64,000 bases of DNA, taken from Camelus dromedarius. Lineage: Eukaryota. The notes beneath the pieces are model-generated. The model saw only the letters and a program-made list of their open reading frames with translations. It was not told the origin of the DNA and searched no databases. Where the stretch lies: NCBI RefSeq assembly GCF_036321535.1, contig NC_087442.1:63922001-63986000 (forward strand), in the 5' to 3' direction. Below are positions 1 through 12,329 of the stretch, one piece after another. The translations under genes and the position numbers were made by a program. The first letter of the stretch is position 1. Each line of letters starts with the position of its first letter.

Positions 1-1791
1 TAGAATCAGATCAAGCCCTACTCCTTTTTTCCAAAGCCTTCCCTTTTCATCCTGGCCTTCTAGATCTCGTATTCCTTAAAAATCACCCCAAATCAACAGT
101 GTCTACGATCCAGTTCTGCACTTGATGACTCTGTACAATTTGCAGTTCTAAATTTTCAAGTACATGCCATCTCTCCATTATTATAATTGCTCCTAATGAT
201 ATAGCAGCCTCCTTTTGTATGCATCAGTGCTAAATAGACTGCAAGCATCTGACTAAAACTTATGTGGCATGACAATCTACCAGCTTGGAGCTCTAAAAGC
301 TCCTGATTTCACCCAAGGCCTAACTTACTCATTAACTCATGTTTTGAATTTCCATTATTTCCCCTACCTTGAATTACTCTGAGCCTATTATTTATGTCAT
401 GAGTAGTAAGGGATCTGTGTAAAGTCTTTTGAATTTTAGACTGATTAGCCACTATTTCACAAAAATCGTTAAGTCCAGTTTCCATACTTTGCTGTCCAAG
501 AGCATGTGCTGTACCTAAAACTCATTAACCAGCCATGAAACTTCTTAAATTAATTGACAAATCTGCATTAGAGGTTCAATGACAATCACAAAAAAACTCA
601 AAAAAGCTCCCAAAGATTCACTGCAATTAATGCTTCTAAATCCTCAACTGGAGTTTACAATAAAATATTTTAATCAAATTTCATTTTTTGGCAAAATGTT
701 TTATCAAGTTTCTAGAAGAATAAAGCAGTATAAAAGGACAGTGATCATACAGTTTATCATCCAAATGGGGACATTAAATAGTAAAAACAATTAATTAGTA
801 AAAAAAGAAGCACTATTAATAATTCCACAAAGACAACAAACATAAACCAGGATTGTTCTAGGCAAGCCAGTACATAAGGCCCTTTATATTAAAGGTATGT
901 TTTAGGTAAACAACATATAGTTGAGTCATTTTTTATCCACTCTGACAATCTCTGTCTTTTAATTGGTGTATTTAGACCAATTACATTCTAATTGATTTTC
1001 ATATAAGTGTATTAATATCTATCCTGTTTGTAACTATTTTCTATTCATTGTATTTGTCTTCTCTCCTCTTCTTTTTCTCTCCCCTCTGATTTTAATTGAG
1101 CATTTTATATGATTCCATTTTATATCCTCTTAGTGAATCAAAAATAATTTTTAAAAATTTTGTAGTGGTTATCTGTGAGTTACACAATACATTTCTAACT
1201 AACCTAAGTCTACTTTCAAATAACACTGTAACGTAGCACAGGTACCTTATAACAGAGCATTCTCAATTTCAACCATCCACCCCTTGTGATATTGCTGTCA
1301 CTCATTTTACTCTATATGTTATAATCACTCAGTACATCGCTACCATTATTGGTTTAAATAAGCAGTTCACTTTCAGATCAACTATGAAGAAAAATGAAAG
1401 ACTTTATTTTACTTTTGTTTATTCCTTCTCTGACACTCTTCTTTATATAGATTCACGTTACTGATCTGTATCATTTTACTTTTGCCTGAAGAACTTTTTA
1501 AACATTTTTTTTACAGGACAAGTCTACCAGCAATGAATTCCCTCAGTTTTTGTTTGAGAAAGTTTTTATTTCTCCTTGACCTTTTTGAAAGATACTTATT
1601 GGATACAGAATTCTAGGTTGATGAATTTTTTCAGTATTTTCTTTAAGTATGTCGCTCCACTCTCTTCTCGCATGCAGGTTTCTGATAAGAAGTCTGATGT
1701 AATTTTTATCCTTGCTCCTCTATAGGTAAAGTATTTTTTCCTCTAGCTTCATTCAAGATTTTCTTTGTCTCTGTATGTCTGTAATTTGAAT

Positions 1792-1977
1792 NNNNNNNNN
1801 NNNNNNNNNNNNNNNNNNNNNNNNNNNNNNNNNNNNNNNNNNNNNNNNNNNNNNNNNNNNNNNNNNNNNNNNNNNNNNNNNNNNNNNNNNNNNNNNNNNN
1901 NNNNNNNNNNNNNNNNNNNNNNNNNNNNNNNNNNNNNNNNNNNNNNNNNNNNNNNNNNNNNNNNNNNNNNNNNNNNN
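1792..1977. other. Assembly gap (N x186)
   Basis: Run of N. Confidence 1.
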
Positions 1978-2050
1978 CAACCAACCTTGATTGAAAATTC
2001 TACAAGCTCTCTGGTCCTGGAACCAATCCCCTGAAGGTTCCAAGAAATGA

Positions 2051-2110
2051 CTCTCTCTCTCTATGTATACACACACACACACACACATACATACATACAC
2101 CATATATATA
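2051..2110. repeat. Compound microsatellite (CT)n(CA)n(CATA)n(TA)n
   Basis: ctctctctctctatgtatacacacacacacacacacatacatacatacaccatatatata. Confidence 0.95.
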
Positions 2111-3659
2111 GCTTACTTGGTATGCTCTCAGCTTCATGGATCTGTTGTTTGGTGTCTATTAAAATTTTGGAAAGTTTCTGCCATTATTACTTCAAATACT
2201 TCTGCTCCATTCTCTCTTTCCTCTGCCGGTATTCCAATTACATGTATGTTATACTTTTTGATATTATTTCCCAGTTCTCAGATGTTCTGTATGTTTTTTC
2301 TCCTTTGCATTTCAATTTGGGAAGTTTCTACTGACCTGTATTCAAGCTCACTGATTCTTTCTTCAGCAATGTTGAGTCTACTAATGAGCACATCAAAGTA
2401 TCTTTCATTTCTGTTACAGTTTTTCATCTTCAGCTTTTTCTTTTGATTTTCTAGCATTTCATTTTCATCTTCTTTTGATTCTTTTTTAGAGTTCTCATTT
2501 CTCTATTTACATTACCTATCTTTTCTTGCATGTTGTCTATTTTTTTCTGTTAGAGCCCTTAACATATTAATCACTGTTACTTTAAATTCCCTCTTTGGTA
2601 ACACCAATCTCTGTGTTATATCTGAGTCTGTGATGACTGTTTTCCAGGCTGCATTTTTTTCTCTTCTTTCGTAGTGTCTTGTAATTTTTTGTTCAAAGTC
2701 AAACATAAGGATTTATGTTAATCTGGCTACAATTTAAATTATTCTTGTGTTCCTGTTCTTGTCTCCTCTTGACGTCAGGCTTCCCTTGGTACTCCACCTC
2801 ATAGTCAATCTGTGTCTTGCAACTCTCTCAGCTGGAATCCACTCTCATTACACTGGAGCCCTGATGGATTGGTGGTAAAGTATGAGAGAATATGAATATT
2901 CTAAAATCTTCTGAGTAAACCTAAGTTATTTTAGTGGTTCTGCATCTTGGAGATGTGACCTACACAAGTGTTTCTCCTGTGATACAGCTTTTTCTCCCTT
3001 AAACTCCTATTTCTTTCCCTGACTGCAGTGTTTCCAATCTATTTCCTTGAGGCCCTAACTATTATTAACCATGGTTTACCCACAGTCAGGCTAGAGAGAG
3101 CTGAATGGGAGAAACTCCCATCCGCCAGCTGGAATAAGGCTCTAGCACTGATTTACCCCTGCAGAGTAGGCTTTTGTGATGGAGAATACTCTGGCTGTAT
3201 TTTATAAGGATTAATCTTCCCCCTCCTCTGCTAGAGCCACAAGGGGATCTTTCCATGATTTTCACTGTGAGAGCCTTGTGAGGTTCTTGGAGGCAAAGTC
3301 CAAGAAAATGTGGGGCCCTTCCTAAGACTGTGGCCCCCATGAGTTTTCTCTCTCACACTAACTGTGTCCAAACTCAGTCTCCAGTAATTCATCAAAATTA
3401 CCATTTACGTGTCCCGCCAGTTTATGGCCCCAGTAGCTTTTACTCCAGGTAAGGAGATTCTGACTGTGTCTATCTGGATGTGTCTGTGTCTCCAGAGTTT
3501 AGTATGGTGATTTGCCTTGTGATCGCCATTCTCTGATGAACTGAAGAAAAGCAATTGGTTTTCATTTCGCCTAGCTTTTTCTCTTTATTAGGATGGGAGC
3601 AACAACTTCCAAGCTCTTCACATGTTGGACCTGAAGCCAGCAGTCCCACACTCTATGTC

Positions 3660-3930
3660 TTGAGATGTTCGCTCTGAGAATCCAGTCACCATGCTATTAG
3701 AAAGCCCAAGCTGTGTGAAGAAGCCAGCACCAATTTGCCAGCCATGTGAGACCACATTGGCAAATGGATCCCTCACATCCCAGTCAAGCTGATACTATAT
3801 GGGGCAGAAACACACTCTTCCTGCCCAGCCCTTCCAAATGTGGATTCATGAGCAAAATAGACGACAGTTGTTGTTTGACCTCTCTGAGTTTGGGAGTGGT
3901 TCATTCTGCAGTCATATATAAGCAGAACAT
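3660..3930 (+). mobile_element. MLT1-family (ERVL-MaLR) LTR 3' fragment
   Basis: gaatccagtcaccatgct...aagcccaagc...gccagccatgtgag...cccagcccttccaaatgtggattcatgagcaaaata...ctgagtttgggagtggtt resemble the MLT1 3' half. Confidence 0.7.
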
Positions 3931-4239
3931 TCCTAAGACGACACTCAAGGCCTTACCTGCTTCTCAAAACTCAGTTCACACCAATTTCCCCCAAACTCCC
4001 AGTCACATGGGGCTTTCTGAGTCTGCAGAAGACACCAAGCTCCTCTCAGGGTGTGGCCTGAAATACTCTTGTCCCTGCTCTTTACTTGGTAGGCCACATC
4101 TCCTCCTTCAGATCTAAGTGTCCCCATTTCAGCAAGACTTCCACTGTCCAGCCATCCAAGATATACTCACTGCTTGCCCCTCTCTCTCACACAAACATAT
4201 ATAACCTACCACTCTCCGTCCTAATTCTTTCTCATAGCT

Positions 4240-4420
4240 CTCTTTTCCTTTATGCAATTTAAAATTACAATGGATCTTAAAATTTCTTGATTAATTTTTG
4301 CCTTCCCCACTAGATGACATGGTCCACAGAAAGAGAAACTCAGTTTTGTCGACCATTACATATTCTTTGCCTGGCCCAGTACACGGAAAACAGTGAGGGC
4401 TTAGTAAATATCTCTGAAGG
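4240..4420 (+). mobile_element. L2 3' end fragment
   Basis: ttccccactagat...tgcctggcccagtac...ttagtaaatat resemble the L2 3' terminus. Confidence 0.5.
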
Positions 4421-4469
4421 AAAAAGATCTTTTAAATAGGCACTGCCTCTATGCATTCCTTGTCTACAC

Positions 4470-4652
4470 CAGTGCTTCTCAATTTTCACACTATTGACAC
4501 TTTGGGTGAAATAATTCTCTACTGAGGGAGACTGTCCTGTTCATTTGTATGATATTTCACAACATCTCTGGCATCTAGATTCCAGGAACACCTACTGCTC
4601 CCCGAGTTATGAAACCAGAAATGTCTCCAGATATCAGTAAATGTATCCTGGT
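4470..4652 (-). mobile_element. MER20 (hAT-Charlie) DNA transposon relic
   Basis: cagtgcttctcaa...actattgacactttggg...ataattct...ctgtcctg...ctggcatctagat...aaatgtctccagatat matches the reverse complement of recalled MER20. Confidence 0.8.
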
Positions 4653-7600
4653 TTAAACTAAAAGAATGACAATAATAATGAAGCAACTCAGGAATGTAGG
4701 TTTGCTTTAAACCTAAACCAATCTTACCATCATGTCTTCCTCCTAGTGTTCCTCAAAAACCACTTAGGCTGAACTATGAGAAAGAGATTCTAGGAGCCCT
4801 GGAATTATGCTAATTGGAAATTTCTATACTAACTCTTTCAAAAAAGTCCTCCACTCTCCAAAGAATGCCTCCATTTTCACCAGCTGGACCACAACTTTAA
4901 AGACAGCAAATATCACTGATTATTTTGACAGTCTTTCAATTAAAGGATCAAAGAATCCTGATAATAAATATGGCTAACAGAGGCCAACATTAAAACATTG
5001 TCTAATAGGAAAGTTATTCCTGTAAAGTTTGGTCTAATAATTGAAATCAGGCTTCTTACTTAAACAATATCTTCACTGTCACTTTGGTCAAAAAAGATTA
5101 GGCATTGTCTGTTTATCTGCTGCAAGGTAAATGAAACCAGCTGTACCCATGAACCAGCCTCTGATGCCTTGCACTCTTCCTCTAAAGGAAGTCAGGGCTG
5201 CATTTGCAATATGAATAGCTTTCAAGGTTTTTGAAAATAAAATTAGCAGATGTTGGTGGGTGAGCTATTATCCTTCTTAGACTAGGTAAGGATAAAAACT
5301 CTACTTTTCCAACTTTCATCTTACACACAAGGAGCACCAGATCTGAAAATCACACGGAGCAAATTCCATTCATCCCATTAGCTCTTTGTCTTTAATCCAG
5401 TTTCTCTTGTTGCATGCTGTAATGCTGTATGTGTGCATTCAATTACAAAGCTAACACTGATTGTGTTATCATTGTATGATGCCATTTTCATACCCTGTGA
5501 CTAACAGTGTGGTTGCAGGCTTGATCTTTGAAGTGAGCTGTGATGACAAGCCTATGGATCCAAAGTCTAAAAGAAATCCAAGCACACCTAATGAGAAACA
5601 GAGAGTGCAGCAAAGCCTGTAAAATGTAATCAGACTTGCCTCCTTTTTGTACAGAGTTCCCATTTGTAGGCAGATAACCTCTCAGGACACTGGCAGTCAG
5701 CATGCCAGTCCAGGTGTCAACACTTAAGATTGAAACGTCAGTGAACCCAGAGTCCAGAGTTTTCCATCTGGGTAAGTGTGACTTTTAGAATTCTTCAAAC
5801 TCCTTCTGATAGTGTTTCAGTGGAGCTGACCTTCAGGGCCAGCAGTAAGAGCCACCTCTTTAATCTCACCTATTCCGAAAAGGTGCTTAACGGTCGCTGC
5901 CTTTCTTCTTGCTACTGCTTGTTTTAATTAACAGCATTTCTTTTCCCCATTTCTCCTGGGGCTTTGAAGAGCTCTTTGAAATGTATTTAGTATAGTTCAG
6001 TCTTGGTTTGGCGTAGTCTCTCAATTTATGAGGTCGTTTAATTCAAGTTCAATTATTCAGCACAAATTGGCAGAATGAAATGCTAAAAGAAGACTGGCAT
6101 TTTCAATCACATCAATCTCATGTTACATAAAGTGAGCAAATTCCTCCGTTGTTCTTAGTGACCTCTGAGATAACAATTTACAGCTGGCACAAACCAGTGT
6201 GGGCTGGCTTCTTGGTTTACCAGGCTCCCGCAGGAGTAAGGCTTTGGCATCTTCACCTCAACAGAAACTGAAGATAAGCAGAAAAGGGGACCAGAAATCA
6301 GGGTCATCTGGGGGATGACTTAGTCTGCATTAGTCCAATACTCTAATTCCAGAGGTGGAACCAAGAGCAGGGTTTTTCTTTCTCTAAATGACACCAGAAG
6401 TATGAGAAAATCAAAAGTAAGCAGCCACAGCTTCATGTCTCCCCTGGATAAAGTAGGAAGGAAAAGAGAGGAGTCTGTCCCAGGCAAGAGTAAAAGTTTA
6501 TGGCTTCTCACCACTGATGGCAGGGTGCGGAAACCCGGGAAAATGAAGGCATGTGGGGAGGACTCAGGTGTGCTCCACCAGCAGATCCCAGTGTGCTAAG
6601 GGACATGTGGCTCCCACATGTTTGGGAGTTGAGGTGGCTGGTGCTCACAGCTCTTACCTGCAACAGCCAGGCATTTGTAGGTGCTGCCACATAAACAACC
6701 CCCCAAGCCTTCCCAATTATAGTGCTTAACACCAACTCCACCTTAACATTCAAACATAACACTTCTGCTTAATCAAAATTTGCACAATAATTAAAATAAA
6801 TCAGCTTGCTTTTACTTTAAAGCCCTTGGGCGTTAACAGATTTTGTGAAGAATCTGGTAACAAAGAGTGAAAATTTCATTATATGTTCTTGGAGGACCAG
6901 GTTCCAAAAATATACACAGTGATGAGGGAAGCTTGAATTTACAGCCTCATGGTCTTTTAAATCAATCAGTCATCACTGGTGAGAACATATTTAAAATGCT
7001 TTAGTTAACATCATCCTCTCTCCTTCCTTTAGAAACTCCACACTATTTTACTGGGCCTTTCTTACTGCATTCTAGCTTATACAGAGACACGACATTCTAA
7101 CTCATGCAGAGTTATGTACGTATATGGACCATTTCCCTTCAAGATCATTATGTTTCCTGAGGGCAGAATCCATATCTAAGTTCCCTCTTTTTCACCTACT
7201 GCATAGAAATGGCATAAAAACAACATGACAAACACTCATCGTTAGTTGAATAAGCTCAAAAAATGTTAACCAGTCTCTTACTGTACAAAGTCCTTGAGAA
7301 ACTGAAAAGATGATTTCAAGGTGTTGAATTAAAGACATTTTTAAATGCCACATGTTTGAAAATGCAAAGTATTAGGCAATGCATTTTTTTTATCCTATAT
7401 TACACGTTACAGGGATTTAGAAAAGAGAACATTATCAGGGAATCAAACCAGGATAAAGACTGGTAATCAGAGTGGTGATAAACTGCCTCCCTTCCCCAAA
7501 TATAAACACATACATGCACAAAGAAAATATTAGGAAGCTGGAGAACACTGGTTTGAAAACAAAACGAAACTCTACTCATTTATAAAAATGTTGGAAGTTC

Positions 7601-8003
7601 AAAGCTTCTTTTTTTTTTTAGTAAGAAAACTTATTTGTGAGTGTTGTATGTTAATATGGTCACAGTTAACCAGCCACATTCTTCACAGCCAAGCTCACTA
7701 CCAAGGGGGCTACACTACAGGAACTCCGGTCAGCTTCTCCCTATAAGAATAAGAAACTCGTAAGAACTCAAGAGTAATGAAAAGCTTTCTATTTCTCCTC
7801 AAGTTTCTAAACAATGGCTAATAGCAACTGTATCAAAGTCAACAATTACATAAATCTTTTCATGGGGGGGCAGGGGGTGAGGAGATATCCTTTGCTTATA
7901 TTATTTGAACCATGAAATAAAAGATGATTTGCACATACCATAAGTAGGAAGAGAACATAGTCATGAACACAATGCCAAATTACTGAGGTTTGAAATTAAT
8001 GAG

Positions 8004-8460
8004 TGTTATGGATTTAATTGTGTCCTCCAAGAGATATATTGAGAGTCAACCCCTCACATCTCTGGATGTGACCGTATTTGGAAATAGGGTCTTTACAGGA
8101 AAAATCAAGTTAAAATGAGATCATTACAGTGGGCCCTAATCCAAAATGACTAGTGTTCTTATAAAAAGGGGAAATTTGGACGTAGAGACAGATACACAGA
8201 GAAAGAACACCATGTGAACATGAAGGCAGAGATCAGGGTGATGTATTTAGGAGCCAGGAATGCCAAAGATGCCAGCATGCCACAGAAGCCAGGAGAGAGA
8301 CATGGAACAGATTCTCCCTTCCAGGACCAACCCTCAGAAGGAACCAATTCTGCCAACACTTTGATCTTAGATCTGGCCTCCAGAACTATGAAATGATAAA
8401 ATTTTGTTGTTGAAGCCAACCAGTCTGTACTTCATTTCAAAATCCTGGCAAACTAATACA
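8004..8460 (+). mobile_element. Complete MLT1 (MLT1B/C-like) solo LTR
   Basis: Starts tgttatgg and ends aactaataca. Internal gtgaccgtatttggaaatagggtcttt, gggccctaatcc, ccctcagaaggaacc, tggcctccagaact. Flanks atgag/aagag form a 4/5 TSD. Confidence 0.92.
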
Positions 8461-9399
8461 AAGAGATTTATGGCAAAATCCAACCTTGACGCCTGTAAAT
8501 CAAAACACATGTATGTAAAATGCTAAGAAGCCAAATATCAGCGGTATCTCTACAAATGCCAGGCAACTTTATTTCAAGGTAACGATAGCTGCTCTTGGGA
8601 AAGATGCTAAAGATAATGTTTACAGATGGAGGCAGAGATGCAGACAGCTATGGGAGAGTGATGAGGAGTACTGGAACAAGGATCCCAACACTGAGTTGAC
8701 TCTTTAAATTATGTAGGGCTTCAGGCGACACACCAAACAAACTTGGCTCTCAGATGTTGCTAGATGGCACGTAACTGTTGTTCTTTGGCCTGACCTTGCC
8801 ACCATAAAGCAAATAAGCACAGGCAGCCTGTCATCTCCTAAAGCAGGTGAGTGGTCAATGGCTTTCATCTCCAGCTGGAGGAAATTAAATAGTACATGTG
8901 ACCAGCAGGCTTGAAACTACTTGAGAAAGCTGCCAAGACACATTGAGACCTGCTAGAGTGAGAAGTTTTAAATGTCCAGAACTATCCTTCTCAAAGATCA
9001 CAAGTACTTAAAGGCAGTCTTTCTTTTATTCAGGCATAGTAAATGAAGAATTTTTGAACTTTCTCTCAAGATTTTGCCATCAAATCTTAAAGTTCAGCAT
9101 TTAATAGAGTTACTAACTTGAATTTGGAAATCAGTTGAGCACATCTTTGGTGGGAAGGCACTTCAAAGTGACAGGTTTATTTCCTTTTAACGAAATAGTA
9201 TGTTTGCTTCTGTTTGATTCACAGTTAAACAAGTCAGAGCATCTGGGAGAACCATCTGGAAGACTCAACAAGGACCAACCAAGTCTTTTCAAGGAAGTCC
9301 TTATACGGTGGAAGCAGTATATACAATGGTTAGGAAAAGACGGCTTCAAACCAGAAAGACAGGAGCCAAAACAAGCTTTGTGACTAATAACCTGTATGG

Positions 9400-9530
9400 A
9401 CTTGGACAGGTGACTAAAATTCTCTAAGCACCAAGATGCCTGGTCCAACAGAGATGATAATAATAGGGCCTATCTTACAGAATGCTGCACGGAGTCAATG
9501 AGACAATGAATATACCACATTTTATACAAA
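9400..9530 (+). mobile_element. MIR fragment
   Basis: gataataatagggcctatcttacagaatgctg...aatgagacaatgaatat resembles the MIR 3' half. Confidence 0.55.
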
Positions 9531-10893
9531 GTAATTGCTTAATCCAGTGTAGTTATCTTCACCTTATTAACATTAAAGGTACAAGTAATTTTTATATAGT
9601 AGAGTACTTAACATTTCCTTAAGAAAAAGTACAAAAATGTGGGTCACACCTACCACTGAAATTAATTCAACCATTTAGGCCATTACCATGAAGTTCCGTA
9701 ATGATCTAGAGACATAGTGAAGTCATTAACAGCCCTCAAAGATTTTGTTCTTTTTTCCAATCCCCATCATATTTATATTTTTTATTCAAATTTTTTAAAA
9801 GACCTTTTTTTGCAAATGTTTAAGATCTCAAAATTAACACACAATTTTTGACTTACAATATTTCTTAATTTCCTTACATATCTTCCTTTATCAGGAATAT
9901 TGCTTCATCTTCTTAACTTGAAAACCATGAAGAAAGGTATAAGACTATATTCCAGAAAAGCCAAAGATCATCCAAATAAGTGCAAAGTCAAAAATTCCAA
10001 TTATATGTTTAGAATGATCCTTCAGAGAATTTTCTTGTATATCTCTTTATCTAATTACTTAGCTTAGTAATTCAATTATTGCTAAGTAATTAATCAGAAT
10101 TTCACATCTTTTATAATGACTTAAAAGAGACAACAACAAGGATAGTTTAGAAATTTGTTTTCAACATTCTTTGGTACTGTTACTAAGGTAAAATAAGGCT
10201 TTTGTCTACTGTACTTATTTCAGAAAGAGTATTAAAAGTTTCTACATGCCACCAAATACAATAACTTAGTGCTCTTAATCAATTAAGGGAGACGAAGGAG
10301 GCCTATCAGAAACACATGAGGACCAGCTTCTTAGGAATCGAAATCTGTGCCTTGACCCCAGGATAGTATGCAGGGAAGAGGACAAAGAAGGGAAGAGTTG
10401 TTTCTCTAAGTGAAAACATATGCCCCTTGATGCCAAAGCAGACAGGAAGAAACACAGTGTTTATAGTCTGTTTAATTAAGTGACTTCTGAAAGATGGAGT
10501 AAAAGCTCAATTTAAAAAGACACCAAGAATGGTCAATACATTTGGCTTTGTAAAATCAGTACCCTTATTCTTAAGCAAATGCTAAACCTCCATGAGAAAT
10601 TAATCACATCATTCACCTGGAAATGAATTCTCATTTGAGGGTTCCAACTCCAAAGAGAGAAATAAAAAACAAAGTTGAGGGAGAGGTAGGACAGAAAAGA
10701 TAAATTGGACAAGTCTGCAAAACTGCTCGCAGAAAAAAACAATTCTACTGAATTTTACACTTGGTAAACAATGACAACAACAATAATGACAGAAAACCTG
10801 AGGAAGGAAAATCTATTGTATGTTAAATAAAAATTCTTTAAATATACTATTACTTAGTACTGAGAGAGTGGGTATATTTTACACATGAAATAT

Positions 10894-11033
10894 NNNNNNN
10901 NNNNNNNNNNNNNNNNNNNNNNNNNNNNNNNNNNNNNNNNNNNNNNNNNNNNNNNNNNNNNNNNNNNNNNNNNNNNNNNNNNNNNNNNNNNNNNNNNNNN
11001 NNNNNNNNNNNNNNNNNNNNNNNNNNNNNNNNN
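10894..11033. other. Assembly gap (N x140)
   Basis: Run of N. Confidence 1.
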
Positions 11034-11159
11034 AGACAGATTGTATCAAACAAATTAACAATAAATTACCCAATTTTGCTGAAAATGTAGATTCTCTGTC
11101 AGTTTTTAAATAACTTTTTTCTGCTATAAGAATGTTTATTTTTAAAAACAACATAATAA

Positions 11160-11404
11160 GTATTCAGGGTACAAAACTCAGAAAATGCAAATGAACACAG
11201 TGTAGAAGTTTAAATTTACCCATAATCTAATCATCAACGGGGAACCACAATTAATATTGTGATATCTCTTCTAGTGCTATCTGTATGCTGACGATTGCTT
11301 TTTTACACAAATATGATTACACTATAGATACTGTTTTGTAACCTGCTTTTTTCTCCCACTCAATATATTATGAATATTTTCCATGTTATTATTCAATCTT
11401 CTAA
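11160..11404 (-). mobile_element. Old L1 3' UTR fragment (L1MC/ME-like)
   Basis: cccataatctaatcatc...accacaattaatatt...ctgttttgtaacctgcttttttc...atattatgaatattttccatg. Confidence 0.6.
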
Positions 11405-11406
11405 AG

Positions 11407-11692
11407 TAGAGGCTGGCAAATCCAGCCCACCATCTATTTTTGTATATCCCATAAACTTAGAAAGGTTTTTACATTTTTTAATTGGGTGGGGGAGAGAATC
11501 TAAAGGAGAATGTAATTTCATAGCATGTGAAAATTATATAAAAATCAAGTTTTAGTGTCCATAAAGTTTACTGGAATGCAGCCACATTCATTCATTTACA
11601 TACTGTCCTCTGACTTTCAAGCTACAAGAGAGTGGTAGTTACCACAGAGATCGTATGGCCAACAAAGCTGAAAATATTTACTACCTAATCCA
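11407..11692 (+). mobile_element. MER58 (B-like) hAT-Charlie relic
   Basis: tagaggctggcaaa...cagcccaccatctatttttgta...aaagtttactggaatgcagccac...cagagatcgtatggccaacaaagctgaaaatatttacta. Confidence 0.85.
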
Positions 11693-12329
11693 GGCTGTAA
11701 ATCATGACTGTTCAAAATTCAGTCATCTAAAGTTACTCCTCTAATACCTTTTAACAATAATGCAAACAGATAATCAAAGATGTGTCATTCAGTTAGTATC
11801 TTTTCTGTCCTAACATAAAAGGAACTCTATGTCTACATACATCAATCCTTAAGGTTTAGCCACAACAATATAACTCTTCCTTAAGAAACTGTACATCCCA
11901 TCAACACCACAGAAGGGCTTGAGTGAGTGGTCTCATCACTCTTGCTGTGCTCAACTTCCACCCCAACTTTCACCAGAAAGCAAGAAAAGGGGAGTGTTGT
12001 CCTCCAGGGGATATATTATCTATTATTTAAATGTTATTATAAAAGGATAATATTGAAACATATTAGAAAATGATAATTATATAAGAAATTAAAAACACCT
12101 TGAAAGGATTATGTAATCACAGTTATAAATAAATTTATAATTGATTAAAACATTACTAATGATCGTGGTACTCTGTAAGAAACCAATTTTAGAAGCTTAG
12201 GGAAAGAAATTCTTGCAGAAAGTTTATAGTACACTATTCTTAACCATGCACTCTTACACCACTTACAAAAAACACAGCATACTCACAATGAATCTGACTC
12301 CCACAATCTATAAGGATTTTATGTGATGA

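Larger units (their letters stand above)
880..3645 (-). mobile_element. Old L1 (L1M-type) 5'/ORF1-region fragment, degenerate
   Basis: T-rich on the + strand with L1M-like segments (acaacatatagttgagtc...ctgacaatctctgtcttttaattggtgtatttagacc; ctctagcttcattcaagattttctttgtc; ccaagctcttcacatgttggacctgaagccagcagtcc). No intact ORF. Interrupted by a gap and a microsatellite. Confidence 0.8.

Noticed and set aside
8757-8770. CTCF-like motif TTGCTAGATGGCAC (also weak ones near 50467 and 60480)
   Set aside because: Lacks the conserved 5' CC; such partial matches are expected by chance in 64 kb.
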